Source: an uncultured Erysipelotrichaceae bacterium
Lineage (GTDB): Bacteria; Bacillota_I; Bacilli_A; RFN20; CAG-826
Direction of reading: 5' to 3'
DNA length: 64,000 nucleotides
Assembly: GCA_902785645.1 (NCBI GenBank)
Contig: CACZZG010000002.1
Span: 17,936-81,935, forward strand
Part shown: piece after piece, positions 1 to 9,597 of the stretch
Numbering within the stretch: position 1 is the first letter of the stretch
How the letters are laid out: each line of letters opens with the position of its first letter
Made by a program: the position numbers and the translations under genes
The notes under the pieces: generated by a model
Seen by the model: only the letters and a program-made list of their open reading frames with translations
Databases searched by the model: none
Told to the model about the DNA's origin: nothing

Positions 1-193
1 CAGAGGCGTTTAAATCTAATCTACTGATTTCTTGGTAAGTGAAATCGTTATTTAAAGTGTGAGGTATAGATAAAAGAAGTTCTTCATAACTTGGTTGTGC
101 ACCACTAGCTTCTTTCATATTTAAAGAAGTATTAACCACCAATGGGATTAATAAAGAAGCCACTAATAATGGAAAAAACTTATTCTTAATCAT
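1..193 (-). CDS. Partial CDS, N-terminus of a secreted protein; the gene continues off the window start.
   Basis: ATG at 193..191 begins MIKNKFFPLLVASLLIPLVVNTSLN, which looks like a signal peptide. The start overlaps the stop of the upstream GLUG-repeat gene (ATGATTAA), suggesting translational coupling. The reading frame is open to the window edge. Confidence 0.4.
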   Translation of the reverse strand, partial: MIKNKFFPLLVASLLIPLVVNTSLNMKEASGAQPSYEELLLSIPHTLNNDFTYQEISRLDLNAS

Positions 194-2996
194 GGTCCCC
201 TCCATTAATAATTTCATTTAATTTTTGTTTGGCTTCTGTTAATAAAGTCGAGAATGTTTTATCTTCATCCCCCTCTAATAACAATATTTCATTATCTCTA
301 GTATTTAATGAGCCTTCTAAAGAGTTAATATTATTTAAAACTGTTTGGGCTTCTTCTTTTGAAGACACATTAATAGATAAAATAGCTTTTAATAATTCAT
401 TAATTGCGTTGATATCAGTGTATGAACGGTTACTAGAAGTAGAACCATTATTAAGAGTGCCATAAATCATCGAATGAGAATTGCTCGGAGAGACACTAGC
501 GAAAGAAACACAATTAGAAATAGTTGTGAAGTTACCTCTTCCTAAAATACCACCACTATTATTGTTTGTTTGCCCAGTAATAGTGCCACCGCTGATACAA
601 TTTGTAATTGTCTTAGTTGTATTGTTTTGTGAATATCCAACAATACCCGCGCACATCATATTTGCTTCAACATCTCCGAAGTTATAAGCGTGATTAATTG
701 TACCGCTATAAAAACTACCAACGATACCACCGACACCTCTCCAAAGGCCGCTTGTTTGTCCGCCATGGCCAGTCACATTTCCGGTGTTATATACATAAGA
801 AAGACTGATACCTGTTCCAAGCATGCCGACGATACCACCGACATGTCCACAGTACGCTGCCCCATCAGTGCCGGGTGTAGCAAAAATATTGCCAACGTTA
901 TATAAATGATGGAGGCTTGGATTTCCACCGGTTTTATAAAAACCGACGATACCACCGACACAAGAAATGCTAGTGACATCACCAAAGTTGTAACAATAAG
1001 AAATTTCTGTATCTCCATAGCTATAAGCAAAACCAACGGCCCCACCAGTACTATTGCCGTTACTGCTATAAATAGAAGTTGGGCTCGTACAATTGACGCT
1101 TCCATAATTTGCGCAGTGTCTTATTTTAGCGGAAGTTGAATCAGAACCAAGTACCGCAGAGATACCACCAATATATTGAGAAGTGCCAGTCACAGTTGAA
1201 TAGTTATAAGAATTAGTTAGTAAACCTTCAACTAATTGTCCGACCACACCGCCAACTCTGGTCGCTCCGATAATGTTAGCTTCTTTTTCGTTAATACAAT
1301 TATCAATTGAGCCGTGTTCGTTATATCCGACAACACCGCTCACTGAATGCACACTATCTCCGCCATGGATATAGCCTTTATTCACACAGTTTTTCACATC
1401 GAAATAGGAATAAGAAACAACACCAGCCGAATAACGATTGGTAGCGTATACTTCACCATAATTGGTGCATCCTTCAATTAATGAAACAGAAGTTTCGCCG
1501 CTATAAACTGCGGATGTACCATTAAGTCCGCTGACACCACCGACGCAAACATTTCCCATAACTTTGCCATAATTATCGCAATTATGAATAGGCAATACAT
1601 TAGCGCCAAAGACGCCACCGACAGAATGATGTCCAGTAACCTCGCCATAATTAATATTGTTATTAGAGGCATATATTTCTAAATCTTCATCATCATACAT
1701 CCCATATTTATATATGGTGTAACCAAGACCACAAACACCACCAACATAACGGGTTTTGGTTCCTGTTACTGTCACTGTGCCATAATTGATATTTCCCGTT
1801 AAGATACCTAATGATTCACCGACGATACCACCAAAGTACATCGCATTTTCATTAAGGGCATATTCATCGTTACCAGTTATAGTGCCGTAGTTTTTGCAGT
1901 TGATAACATGTGATTGATCTCTATAAACAATCATTTCATCGCTTCTCGCGACACCACCAACGATACCACCGACATAGGCGTGACCGTGGACATTAACATA
2001 GTTAACACAGTTACTAATCATCGCAGCGTTATAAATACCACCACAAACACCCGCGGCAAAGGAATGATAATAAACAAATTTATCGGTTCCTAAGATATTG
2101 ATATTGCCTTTAACAATGACATTCTTCACCGTACCGGAAACAAAACCGAATAGGCCTTGCCATGATTCATATGTTTCAATCTTTAAACCGGTAACTTCTT
2201 TGTTATCACCGTTATAGATACCTTCAAAAGGAATACCGAATGTACCAATTGGTTGCCAATTATCATATCCACTTAAATCAATATCATTAGTTTGTAAGAA
2301 ATATTTATCTTTGAAATCACCATAATTCATCACTGCGTCACTTAATCTTTTTAAGTCTTCCGCGGAAGTCACTAAATATGGATCTTCAACAGTCCCACTT
2401 CCATTCATCATCAATGAATCATAAGCATAGACCACAAAATTATATGGATCGCTACTTTCACCTTCTTCACTAATAGTGAGTGAGAAAGGATAGTTACCAT
2501 ATGATAAGAAAGTAATTCTTCCATCTTCAAAAGTATAATCATTACGATCTGATGTTAATGACATAGAAACGTTACTAGAAGAGAAAGAAACATAATCTAA
2601 GATATTAAAATATCCACTAGTGACATCAAATTCATAATCGTTGGTCGTATATTGAATAGTTGGCTTTTGAGATATGACATTGATAGTTATGCTATCACTA
2701 ACATTTTCATATGATGCCTTAACTTCACAATGTCCCACTTTCTCAGCGACCAAAGAATCACCATTTAAAGATACAACATCGCTATTATCGACAATTGAAT
2801 AATTAATATCATTAATGATATTTTTATAAGTTAATAAAGAGGAAATATTAAATTGCTTATGCCTAATAAGAGTTATCTCATCTTGTACAAAAAGCAAAGA
2901 TGGTGGAAGTTTTTCCTCCATCTTGTTACATGAGCATAAAGCAAATGTAAATAAACTTATTGCAGTGATTTTAAGATACTTATTTACTCGCGGCAT
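186..2996 (-). CDS. Cell-surface lipoprotein with a Big_2-like Ig domain and many GLUG/beta-helix repeats (YVGGIVG, NYG motifs); no HExxH motif, so probably a non-catalytic adhesin-like protein.
   Basis: 936-aa ORF. Signal peptide with a lipobox-like FALCSC. An Ig-like segment is followed by a conserved GSGTVEDPYLVTSAEDL segment and then more than 15 degenerate G-rich repeats (GGIVG, GGVVG). Confidence 0.6.
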   Translation of the reverse strand: MPRVNKYLKITAISLFTFALCSCNKMEEKLPPSLLFVQDEITLIRHKQFNISSLLTYKNIINDINYSIVDNSDVVSLNGDSLVAEKVGHCEVKASYENVSDSITINVISQKPTIQYTTNDYEFDVTSGYFNILDYVSFSSSNVSMSLTSDRNDYTFEDGRITFLSYGNYPFSLTISEEGESSDPYNFVVYAYDSLMMNGSGTVEDPYLVTSAEDLKRLSDAVMNYGDFKDKYFLQTNDIDLSGYDNWQPIGTFGIPFEGIYNGDNKEVTGLKIETYESWQGLFGFVSGTVKNVIVKGNINILGTDKFVYYHSFAAGVCGGIYNAAMISNCVNYVNVHGHAYVGGIVGGVARSDEMIVYRDQSHVINCKNYGTITGNDEYALNENAMYFGGIVGESLGILTGNINYGTVTVTGTKTRYVGGVCGLGYTIYKYGMYDDEDLEIYASNNNINYGEVTGHHSVGGVFGANVLPIHNCDNYGKVMGNVCVGGVSGLNGTSAVYSGETSVSLIEGCTNYGEVYATNRYSAGVVSYSYFDVKNCVNKGYIHGGDSVHSVSGVVGYNEHGSIDNCINEKEANIIGATRVGGVVGQLVEGLLTNSYNYSTVTGTSQYIGGISAVLGSDSTSAKIRHCANYGSVNCTSPTSIYSSNGNSTGGAVGFAYSYGDTEISYCYNFGDVTSISCVGGIVGFYKTGGNPSLHHLYNVGNIFATPGTDGAAYCGHVGGIVGMLGTGISLSYVYNTGNVTGHGGQTSGLWRGVGGIVGSFYSGTINHAYNFGDVEANMMCAGIVGYSQNNTTKTITNCISGGTITGQTNNNSGGILGRGNFTTISNCVSFASVSPSNSHSMIYGTLNNGSTSSNRSYTDINAINELLKAILSINVSSKEEAQTVLNNINSLEGSLNTRDNEILLLEGDEDKTFSTLLTEAKQKLNEIINGGDHD

Positions 2997-4554
2997 GTTT
3001 CTTTCTACGAATCACAAACACCATTGAGGCGGTTGATAAAACCATCACAGAAATAACGATGATAACAGCCCAATAATTGTTATTGAGATTTAACAAGGAG
3101 ACTCTTGCACCATGAGCTTGATCATCAATAATGTATTCAGCGGCTTGACCATAGGTCTTCATCGCATATGTATTTAAATCATCATAGTAATTGATTTGAT
3201 TTAATAAAGTTTTTTCACCATCATCTAAGCCACCATAGAGTGTGCTAAATCCTGGAATAGCGACACAGTTATATTCTCTAATCGCTTTGATAATAGCGCG
3301 GAAGTCATCACTGACACCATCAGCTTTAGAAGTTGAGGTTCCCGAAGCTGTTCCACCACCAATACCATTTTTAGCAGTGCTTCCAGAACCACTTAATTTG
3401 CCAACTGTCCAAGTGTCAGAAAGTGAAATGGTATTTGAATTAACCCAACCAATTAAGGTGCCAGTATTAGTTGAAGCAGTACCTGAAACTTTACCAGTAG
3501 AAAAGCCGCCAACGATGGAAACTACTGGGTTAGTAGACCTATTAATCATACCGATTAAGCCCCCTAAATTTAAGTTGGATTCCACTTCACCACCGTTATA
3601 ACAATAATTAACAACGGTTTGGGCGTTACTTATGCTTGATGCATCACCATTGATTCTTCCAACAACACCACCATCAGCCCTTCCGGATGTAGCACCGGTA
3701 CTAACGACCTTACCATAGTTAGAACAGTAAGTAATTTTGGTATTGCTATAAGCAAACCCAACAACACCACCGCAATCGTGATCAGCAGAAGTAATATTGC
3801 CTTTGTTTATACAAGATGTAATTGAATTGGTTATGCCTTTTGGATCGTCGTTTTTAGTTGTTCCGGTGCCCGCAACCGCTACAATACCACCAACAAAATT
3901 ATCGGTAGTAGAGGAAATTGCGCCTTCATTGATACAACTTGAAATAATACCTTGGTTTTCACATGCAATGCCTGCAGCACGGGCATGGCTGGTTACAGAA
4001 CCGGTAAACTTACAGTTTTCAATTTTGCCATTTGGATTGTTTCTAAAAAGAATACCACCAGCATATCCATAAGTAGGGACATTAATAGTTACTGATGAGT
4101 TAACATTTTTCACCAATCCATTGTTATATACACATAATGGAGACATATAAGTACGAGACGTGACGGTGCCTGCTAAATTAACATCATGGAAATTAGCATT
4201 TTCAAAAATGTTTCTAAAGAGACCAGAGGCTGTGCTGTCAAAATTGATATTAACAGTAATTGTATGCCCATTACCATTAAACTCACCATCAAATCCATTA
4301 TTTGGTTTTGATGTGATGTTTGCATTAACATCCGCCAATAGTTCCACAACTTGCCCTTGATAGGCATGTGAATTGGTGTTGCAGTTAGATAAGAAGTTAG
4401 CAAATTCAACATCTGTACTAATAGTAACGTCTGCAGTATCGGCTTTGGTTGGGATGGAGTTTTTTGAACGAATTGTAGATGTAACACCAATTCCAATAGT
4501 CATGCCTAAAAGCGCAAAAGCGCCAACTGGTAATAAAACTCTTTTAATTTTCAT
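2980..4554 (-). CDS. Secreted repeat protein with GLUG-like beta-helix repeats, an N-terminal signal peptide and a C-terminal transmembrane anchor with a basic tail.
   Basis: 524 aa. Signal peptide MKIKRVLLPVGAFALLGMTIGIG. FDGEFNGNGHTITVNI motif typical of the first beta-helix repeat. Several GGIVA/GGVVG repeats. C-terminal hydrophobic segment plus RRKKHAASK. Overlaps the downstream gene by 17 nt. Confidence 0.55.
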   Translation of the reverse strand: MKIKRVLLPVGAFALLGMTIGIGVTSTIRSKNSIPTKADTADVTISTDVEFANFLSNCNTNSHAYQGQVVELLADVNANITSKPNNGFDGEFNGNGHTITVNINFDSTASGLFRNIFENANFHDVNLAGTVTSRTYMSPLCVYNNGLVKNVNSSVTINVPTYGYAGGILFRNNPNGKIENCKFTGSVTSHARAAGIACENQGIISSCINEGAISSTTDNFVGGIVAVAGTGTTKNDDPKGITNSITSCINKGNITSADHDCGGVVGFAYSNTKITYCSNYGKVVSTGATSGRADGGVVGRINGDASSISNAQTVVNYCYNGGEVESNLNLGGLIGMINRSTNPVVSIVGGFSTGKVSGTASTNTGTLIGWVNSNTISLSDTWTVGKLSGSGSTAKNGIGGGTASGTSTSKADGVSDDFRAIIKAIREYNCVAIPGFSTLYGGLDDGEKTLLNQINYYDDLNTYAMKTYGQAAEYIIDDQAHGARVSLLNLNNNYWAVIIVISVMVLSTASMVFVIRRKKHAASK

Positions 4555-4661
4555 AAAAGCCTCCAGAACAAATTATAAAAATATCTTTATATTTTGATTA
4601 TGTAATTAAAAAGATGAGAAATAAATGAAAAAATTAATTATAATAATGGAAAAAAGTAGAA

Positions 4662-5564
4662 ATGAAAAAGTATAAACGCGAACTGCTTAATGTTATTAAG
4701 GAATCAAAAGAAATAAATGCCAGCGGTTTAACCCAAGAAGTTTCCGCAAGATTTGAGGCTACCGTCAGAACTCATGAGAGCACAGAAGAAAAGCCCGTTG
4801 TTATACAATGTTTTGGAATCACCAACCCTGATCCCACTTATTGTGTGACAAGAAAGAAAAGCAATAACTATGTTTTGGAATATGTCAGAAGTGGAAAAGG
4901 TTATGTCGAAATCGATGATGAAAAGTTTATGGTTAACGAGGGAGATGCTTATCTACTTTATCCAAAAACAAAAGAAAAATATTATTCCGATAAAAATGAA
5001 CCATTTCAAAAATATTGGGTGAATTTTGTCGGTTCCGATATTGATCGAGTATTAGACGCTTTAAATATTAAAGGTATTCATCATTTTCCAAAATGTAATT
5101 TAATGAGTTATTTTATCCAACTCTATTCTTTAGAAGAATCATATATGAACTCATTAGATTTTTCTTATTATGCCTACTCCACGATTATTTCTATGCTCGT
5201 GGAAATGAAGAAAAGTGTGGTCGCAAATAAAAAGGGTGTGGATACCGCAGATAAGATTAAAGAGATTATTGATAATCACATTAGTGAAAACATTAAAGTA
5301 TTAGATATATGTGATGAATTAAAAATGTGTAAATCATCAATTATTAATATTTTTAAAAACAAATATCACATCACTCCTAATCAATATAAAAACAACAAGA
5401 AGATGGAAGCCGCTAAAAACATGCTTCTTAATGAAAACATCAGTATTAAGCAAATATCGATATCTTTAGGTTTTATTGACCAATATCATTTTTCCAACAG
5501 TTTTAAAAAACACTTTCGGATGTATCCTAGTAAATACCGCAAGATGCACTTCAAAGACAAGTGA
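4662..5564 (+). CDS. AraC/XylS-family transcriptional regulator (N-terminal cupin-like sensor, C-terminal double HTH).
   Basis: 300 aa. The C-terminus has the AraC HTH signature (IKQISISLGFIDQYHFSNSFKKHFRMYPSKYR). Transcribed divergently from the surface-protein operon. Confidence 0.8.
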   Translation: MKKYKRELLNVIKESKEINASGLTQEVSARFEATVRTHESTEEKPVVIQCFGITNPDPTYCVTRKKSNNYVLEYVRSGKGYVEIDDEKFMVNEGDAYLLYPKTKEKYYSDKNEPFQKYWVNFVGSDIDRVLDALNIKGIHHFPKCNLMSYFIQLYSLEESYMNSLDFSYYAYSTIISMLVEMKKSVVANKKGVDTADKIKEIIDNHISENIKVLDICDELKMCKSSIINIFKNKYHITPNQYKNNKKMEAAKNMLLNENISIKQISISLGFIDQYHFSNSFKKHFRMYPSKYRKMHFKDK

Positions 5565-5567
5565 AAA

Positions 5568-5600
5568 AACCACCTAATCAATCAACTAGGTGGTCTTTTT
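5568..5600. terminator. Bidirectional rho-independent terminator between convergent genes.
   Basis: aaaaaaCCACCTAatcaatcaaCTAGGTGGtcttttt: 7-8 bp GC-containing stem with A-tract upstream and T-tract downstream. Confidence 0.6.
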
Positions 5601-5610
5601 ATATTCTCAT

Positions 5611-6897
5611 CTATTTAGATGAAGATCTTCTTGTTTTACTAACCGTTCTATATAAATAGATTTCCTTGCGGTTATTGATAAATAAGGAATCTGGTCTTAC
5701 ATAATTAGCCGCACCATATTGGAAACGAACTGGTTTATTCGCTCTTCTCATGCTAAGCAAGATAATTGTGGCCACAACTAATCCTAAAATGATGCCAGCA
5801 ATAAGTCCGATGAGCCATTCCGTGGATATTGCGAAAGCAATTCCAAAAGTCGCACCACCAACTAATAAGAAGAACAATAAATAGAATAAGATGAATTTTG
5901 GAACGGAAACTGGTAAATCACCAGCGACCTTTCCGGTTTGTCCATTAACGGCAAATCGATAATTCTTTTCCTTCCATTTAGTGTTTAATATCCATACTGG
6001 ATATAAAGCGTAACTAGCGTTTGTGTTAGATAATTGAATATTGGAATCCTGCACTGTCACATTGGAATATCCATGAATATCATTTCTAAAAGCTTGAATA
6101 GTTCCATCGCGGAATCTTTGTGTCGCGCGATTGAATGTCACATCTTTGTTAACATCATATCTATCCGCGGCAATACCGGCTAAATAGGCAATATTGAATT
6201 CTTCTGCTTGTGAGAAATCATATGGTTCAATAGATTCCATTAATTTATCTTCCATCTTGGATGAACCATCCACTGGGACGTGGTCAAAAGCGATACCACC
6301 ACCACGGATGATGGAATAATATTTGGTTTCACGATAGTCGTAATTTGAATCAGACCATGTTCTAGTGGTTTCACCTTTAAATCTGACTTTACCTTCAACA
6401 TCCGCGTCGAAGATCCAGAAAGGAACATATAATGATTTGATTTCTTCAATGACATTTTCTTTAGAAAAACTTCCTGGTAATAACGGTTTCTTTCTAAAGA
6501 ATTTCTTTAAGTCTTGTTGCACTGTTTCTTTGTCATTCTTAAATGGAATAACATAGTTAGGTCTTAAATCACCTGATAATTGTTTAGAGACAACAAGGTT
6601 ATTGCCACAATAAGGACATTTTGTGGATGAAGTTGTTTCATCAACGATAATTTCACCACCACAAGAATCACAGGAATAAATCTTCATTCCTTTCATTTCT
6701 TTGTCGGTGTATTCTTGCACTCTTGATTCATCCCAAGCGGTTTCGTCTTGTTTATCAGAGGCTAAATCATCGCTATAAGCTTTTAAATCTTCAGTGGTAA
6801 ATTGAGAATCACAAAATGGACAGACGACCATTTGTGTCTTGTTATCAAATTCTAAAGTTCCGCCACAACATGGGCACTTTAATTGAATATTTGCCAT
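5611..6897 (-). CDS. Membrane protein with two N-terminal zinc ribbons and C-terminal transmembrane helices (YdjG/YdjH-like partner of the SPFH protein).
   Basis: 428 aa. CPCCGG...CPFCD and CDSCGG...CPYCGN zinc ribbons; two C-terminal hydrophobic helices. Starts 6 nt downstream of the SPFH gene. Confidence 0.5.
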   Translation of the reverse strand: MANIQLKCPCCGGTLEFDNKTQMVVCPFCDSQFTTEDLKAYSDDLASDKQDETAWDESRVQEYTDKEMKGMKIYSCDSCGGEIIVDETTSSTKCPYCGNNLVVSKQLSGDLRPNYVIPFKNDKETVQQDLKKFFRKKPLLPGSFSKENVIEEIKSLYVPFWIFDADVEGKVRFKGETTRTWSDSNYDYRETKYYSIIRGGGIAFDHVPVDGSSKMEDKLMESIEPYDFSQAEEFNIAYLAGIAADRYDVNKDVTFNRATQRFRDGTIQAFRNDIHGYSNVTVQDSNIQLSNTNASYALYPVWILNTKWKEKNYRFAVNGQTGKVAGDLPVSVPKFILFYLLFFLLVGGATFGIAFAISTEWLIGLIAGIILGLVVATIILLSMRRANKPVRFQYGAANYVRPDSLFINNRKEIYLYRTVSKTRRSSSK

Positions 6898-6903
6898 AAA
6901 TAA

Positions 6904-8310
6904 TTATTTCTTGTCTAAATCGTTAATTGGATCGCCGCATTCTGGGCAGAATTTTGGAACGTTGTTTGGATCTTTTGGTTCCCAACCACATTTATCACAT
7001 TTAATCTTATGAGCGGTTGGTCTTGGTTTACCGCAGTTTGCGCAGAATTTACCAGTATTAACTGTTCCACATTCACAAGTCCATCCAGCTTCTTCTTCTG
7101 GTTTTTTAGTGCCACATTCAGGACAGAATTTACCTGTTACTTTTGCACCGCACTTTGGACATGTCCATGTACCTTGTGGTTCTGGTTTCTTTTCACCGCA
7201 TTCTTGGCAGAATTTACCTGTGGCTTGAGCGCCACATTTTGGGCAAGTCCAAGCATTGGCTGCTGGCTGAGCAGCTTGTTGTTGTTGAGCTTGTTGTTGT
7301 TGACCCATTGCGTAGAAGTCTTGAGCGTTCATGCCACCAGCTTGTTGCGCCATATGCATGCCATAGAATCCCATGACTGCACCGTTTGGGTTACTTGCAG
7401 CGTTTTTCATCGCTTCAGCTTGTGCTTCAACTAAAGTTGCACCGGCCATAGAAGCATTTCTTGCATAAACATTCTTTCTTTGTAATTCTTTGATTAAGTC
7501 TTCATCTTCTTTTGGTAATGTAACTGAACCTAAAGCGATGGAGATGACTTCAATACCACGTAATGAACCCCATTGTTCATCTAATGCGGAGTTCATAGCT
7601 TTTTCCAAATCAGTGAGGTGAGTCATGATTTGGTTTGGTCTTAATTGTAATTCGGATAATCTACCGAAGGCTGGTTGTAAAGCGTGAACGAATTCAGTCT
7701 TTAATTGAGAGTCGATTTGGCTTCTTGTATATGCATCGGTAACGTTACCACAGACATTTTGATAGAAAAGGATTGGGTTTGTAATCTTATAAGAATACAC
7801 ACCATTACAACGGACGGAGACATCGATATCAATACCGACGTTGTTATCAACAATTCTAAATGGAACTGGATTTGGTGTTCCAAATTTATTGTCCATGATT
7901 TCTTTCATGTTGAAATAATAGACTCTTTGATCACTACCGGTATCTCCACCATAGGTGAAACGTCTACCGATTGTTTTGAATAAACCAACTACTCTTTCAC
8001 CAAATGTACCCGCAAAGATGGATGATTCGGTTTTGGAATCAAATGTATAAGCACCTGGTTCTGCAGCGAATTCAACGACTTTACCTTGGTCAACGATAAT
8101 CATACATTGTCCATCAGCAACAACGATGGTTGAACCGTTAGAGATAATGTTATCGCTACCTTTTGTATTTGATGATTTTTTTGCGTTAACTCTCTTTTGT
8201 CCTTTAGTGACTAAAACATCAACTGGTAATGCTTCGCAGTAGAAATATTCTTTCCATTGGTCGGCTAATGTGGAGCTGATTGAGCCCGCAAATGCTTTAA
8301 TTAAACCCAT
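6904..8310 (-). CDS. SPFH/Band-7 (stomatin/prohibitin-like) protein with a Gln-rich linker and three to four C-terminal zinc-ribbon repeats (COG4260, B. subtilis YdjI-like).
   Basis: 468 aa. N-terminus MGLIKAFAGSISSTLADQWKEYF is typical of the family. QQQQAQQQQAAQ tract. Repeated WTCPKCGAxxTGKFCxECGxKKPE modules. Strong RBS AGGAGG. Confidence 0.7.
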   Translation of the reverse strand: MGLIKAFAGSISSTLADQWKEYFYCEALPVDVLVTKGQKRVNAKKSSNTKGSDNIISNGSTIVVADGQCMIIVDQGKVVEFAAEPGAYTFDSKTESSIFAGTFGERVVGLFKTIGRRFTYGGDTGSDQRVYYFNMKEIMDNKFGTPNPVPFRIVDNNVGIDIDVSVRCNGVYSYKITNPILFYQNVCGNVTDAYTRSQIDSQLKTEFVHALQPAFGRLSELQLRPNQIMTHLTDLEKAMNSALDEQWGSLRGIEVISIALGSVTLPKEDEDLIKELQRKNVYARNASMAGATLVEAQAEAMKNAASNPNGAVMGFYGMHMAQQAGGMNAQDFYAMGQQQQAQQQQAAQPAANAWTCPKCGAQATGKFCQECGEKKPEPQGTWTCPKCGAKVTGKFCPECGTKKPEEEAGWTCECGTVNTGKFCANCGKPRPTAHKIKCDKCGWEPKDPNNVPKFCPECGDPINDLDKK

Positions 8311-8425
8311 AATATAGGCCTCCTATGTAACATTAATATTCTAATATATTTTCGCTAATATACATAATAAATCGAAATTTATTATTGATATAATCACATT
8401 TTTGTCACGTTTTTCATATAAAAAA

Positions 8426-8452
8426 CCTGGATGTTTTTGTTCCAGGCTTTTC
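8426..8452 (-). terminator. Rho-independent terminator downstream of the esterase-like gene.
   Basis: CCTGGatgtttttgttCCAGG stem-loop, followed by a T-run on the minus strand. Confidence 0.5.
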
Positions 8453-8462
8453 ATTTTATTAA

Positions 8463-9410
8463 CTAAAGAGCTTTTTGAATTTGTTCACCAAATAGATGGC
8501 CTAATTCAAACATTGAAGCGGCATCATAATGATAATAATCCACACTACCTGTTGGTTGCTTATCGTATTCTAAACCAGCCTTAATTGTGTCGATTAATAA
8601 ACTATTTTTATCTAAGTCATTATATTGAGACTTTGCAGCGTTGATTTGAGTGTATCCACCCCAGTATTGAGATATGTAGGCATCAATAAAGGTGAATCCA
8701 CCTTCTTTAGAATCTTCTTGCCATTCATCTCTTAAATCGCTGACAAGATTCTTTGTGTTAAGGAAATAGTTATTTCTATAACTAGTGTTACCAGCATCGG
8801 TTTCCCCTTGCATCCAACAGAAGGCTTTGATGACTGGTTTTTTGCCGGTATCTTCGGCGAGAGTTTCTAAACCGTCGCTCACTAAAGCAAGCATATTGTC
8901 ATACCATTTACCATTCTTGGCTTTTCCGGATGATGGAGAACCCCATTCACCCGCAGCAGGATCTAATGCGGAAGCACCAACTGCGTATTTCATTAGTGCT
9001 ACTTCACCACTTAATCCTTGTTCAGTTAAATAATCAGCAATACCAATTTCTGGTCCAAATTTATTTGTGGTGTTCGCTTGTCCTAATTTAACAGGCATAA
9101 ATAATCCATATGAATCTGTTCCAGCGTTAGGTGCACCATTCCAGAAACAACGATAATCCATTTTAATTCCATCGTATCCCGCTTTAATGCGATCAACTTC
9201 ATCTTGTGTGAATCCATAAGAAGTAGAAACATATTGTGACCAGCTATTTCCTTCCATATTGGATTGACCCGCTAAAACGACAACAGAGATTTCATCTTCT
9301 TTTGGTTCGCTTTGACTACTAGATTCACTATTACTTTCTCTTTTTGTGTTACAAGAAAATAATAATGGACACACTAATAAAGATATTTTTAATAAATTAT
9401 TAATTTTCAT
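8463..9410 (-). CDS. Secreted lipoprotein, SGNH-type carbohydrate esterase (sialate O-acetylesterase/DUF303-like).
   Basis: 315 aa. Lipobox LLFSC. VVVLAGQSNMEGN motif characteristic of the 9-O-acetylesterase/SGNH family. Confidence 0.6.
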   Translation of the reverse strand: MKINNLLKISLLVCPLLFSCNTKRESNSESSSQSEPKEDEISVVVLAGQSNMEGNSWSQYVSTSYGFTQDEVDRIKAGYDGIKMDYRCFWNGAPNAGTDSYGLFMPVKLGQANTTNKFGPEIGIADYLTEQGLSGEVALMKYAVGASALDPAAGEWGSPSSGKAKNGKWYDNMLALVSDGLETLAEDTGKKPVIKAFCWMQGETDAGNTSYRNNYFLNTKNLVSDLRDEWQEDSKEGGFTFIDAYISQYWGGYTQINAAKSQYNDLDKNSLLIDTIKAGLEYDKQPTGSVDYYHYDAASMFELGHLFGEQIQKAL

Positions 9411-9597
9411 AATTGGTCCTCACAATAAATAATTATACTAGTGTTGTTTTAACTATTGTTAATAAGCATTTTCTCTACAGCTTATTTTATTTGATATAAT
9501 CAAAACATTTTAGTGAAGCACGAAAAGTTTTTTTGTGTAGTAAACAAAAAATTGTATAATTACAGGCATAAAACAGAATGTTTGCTAGAAAAAGGAT

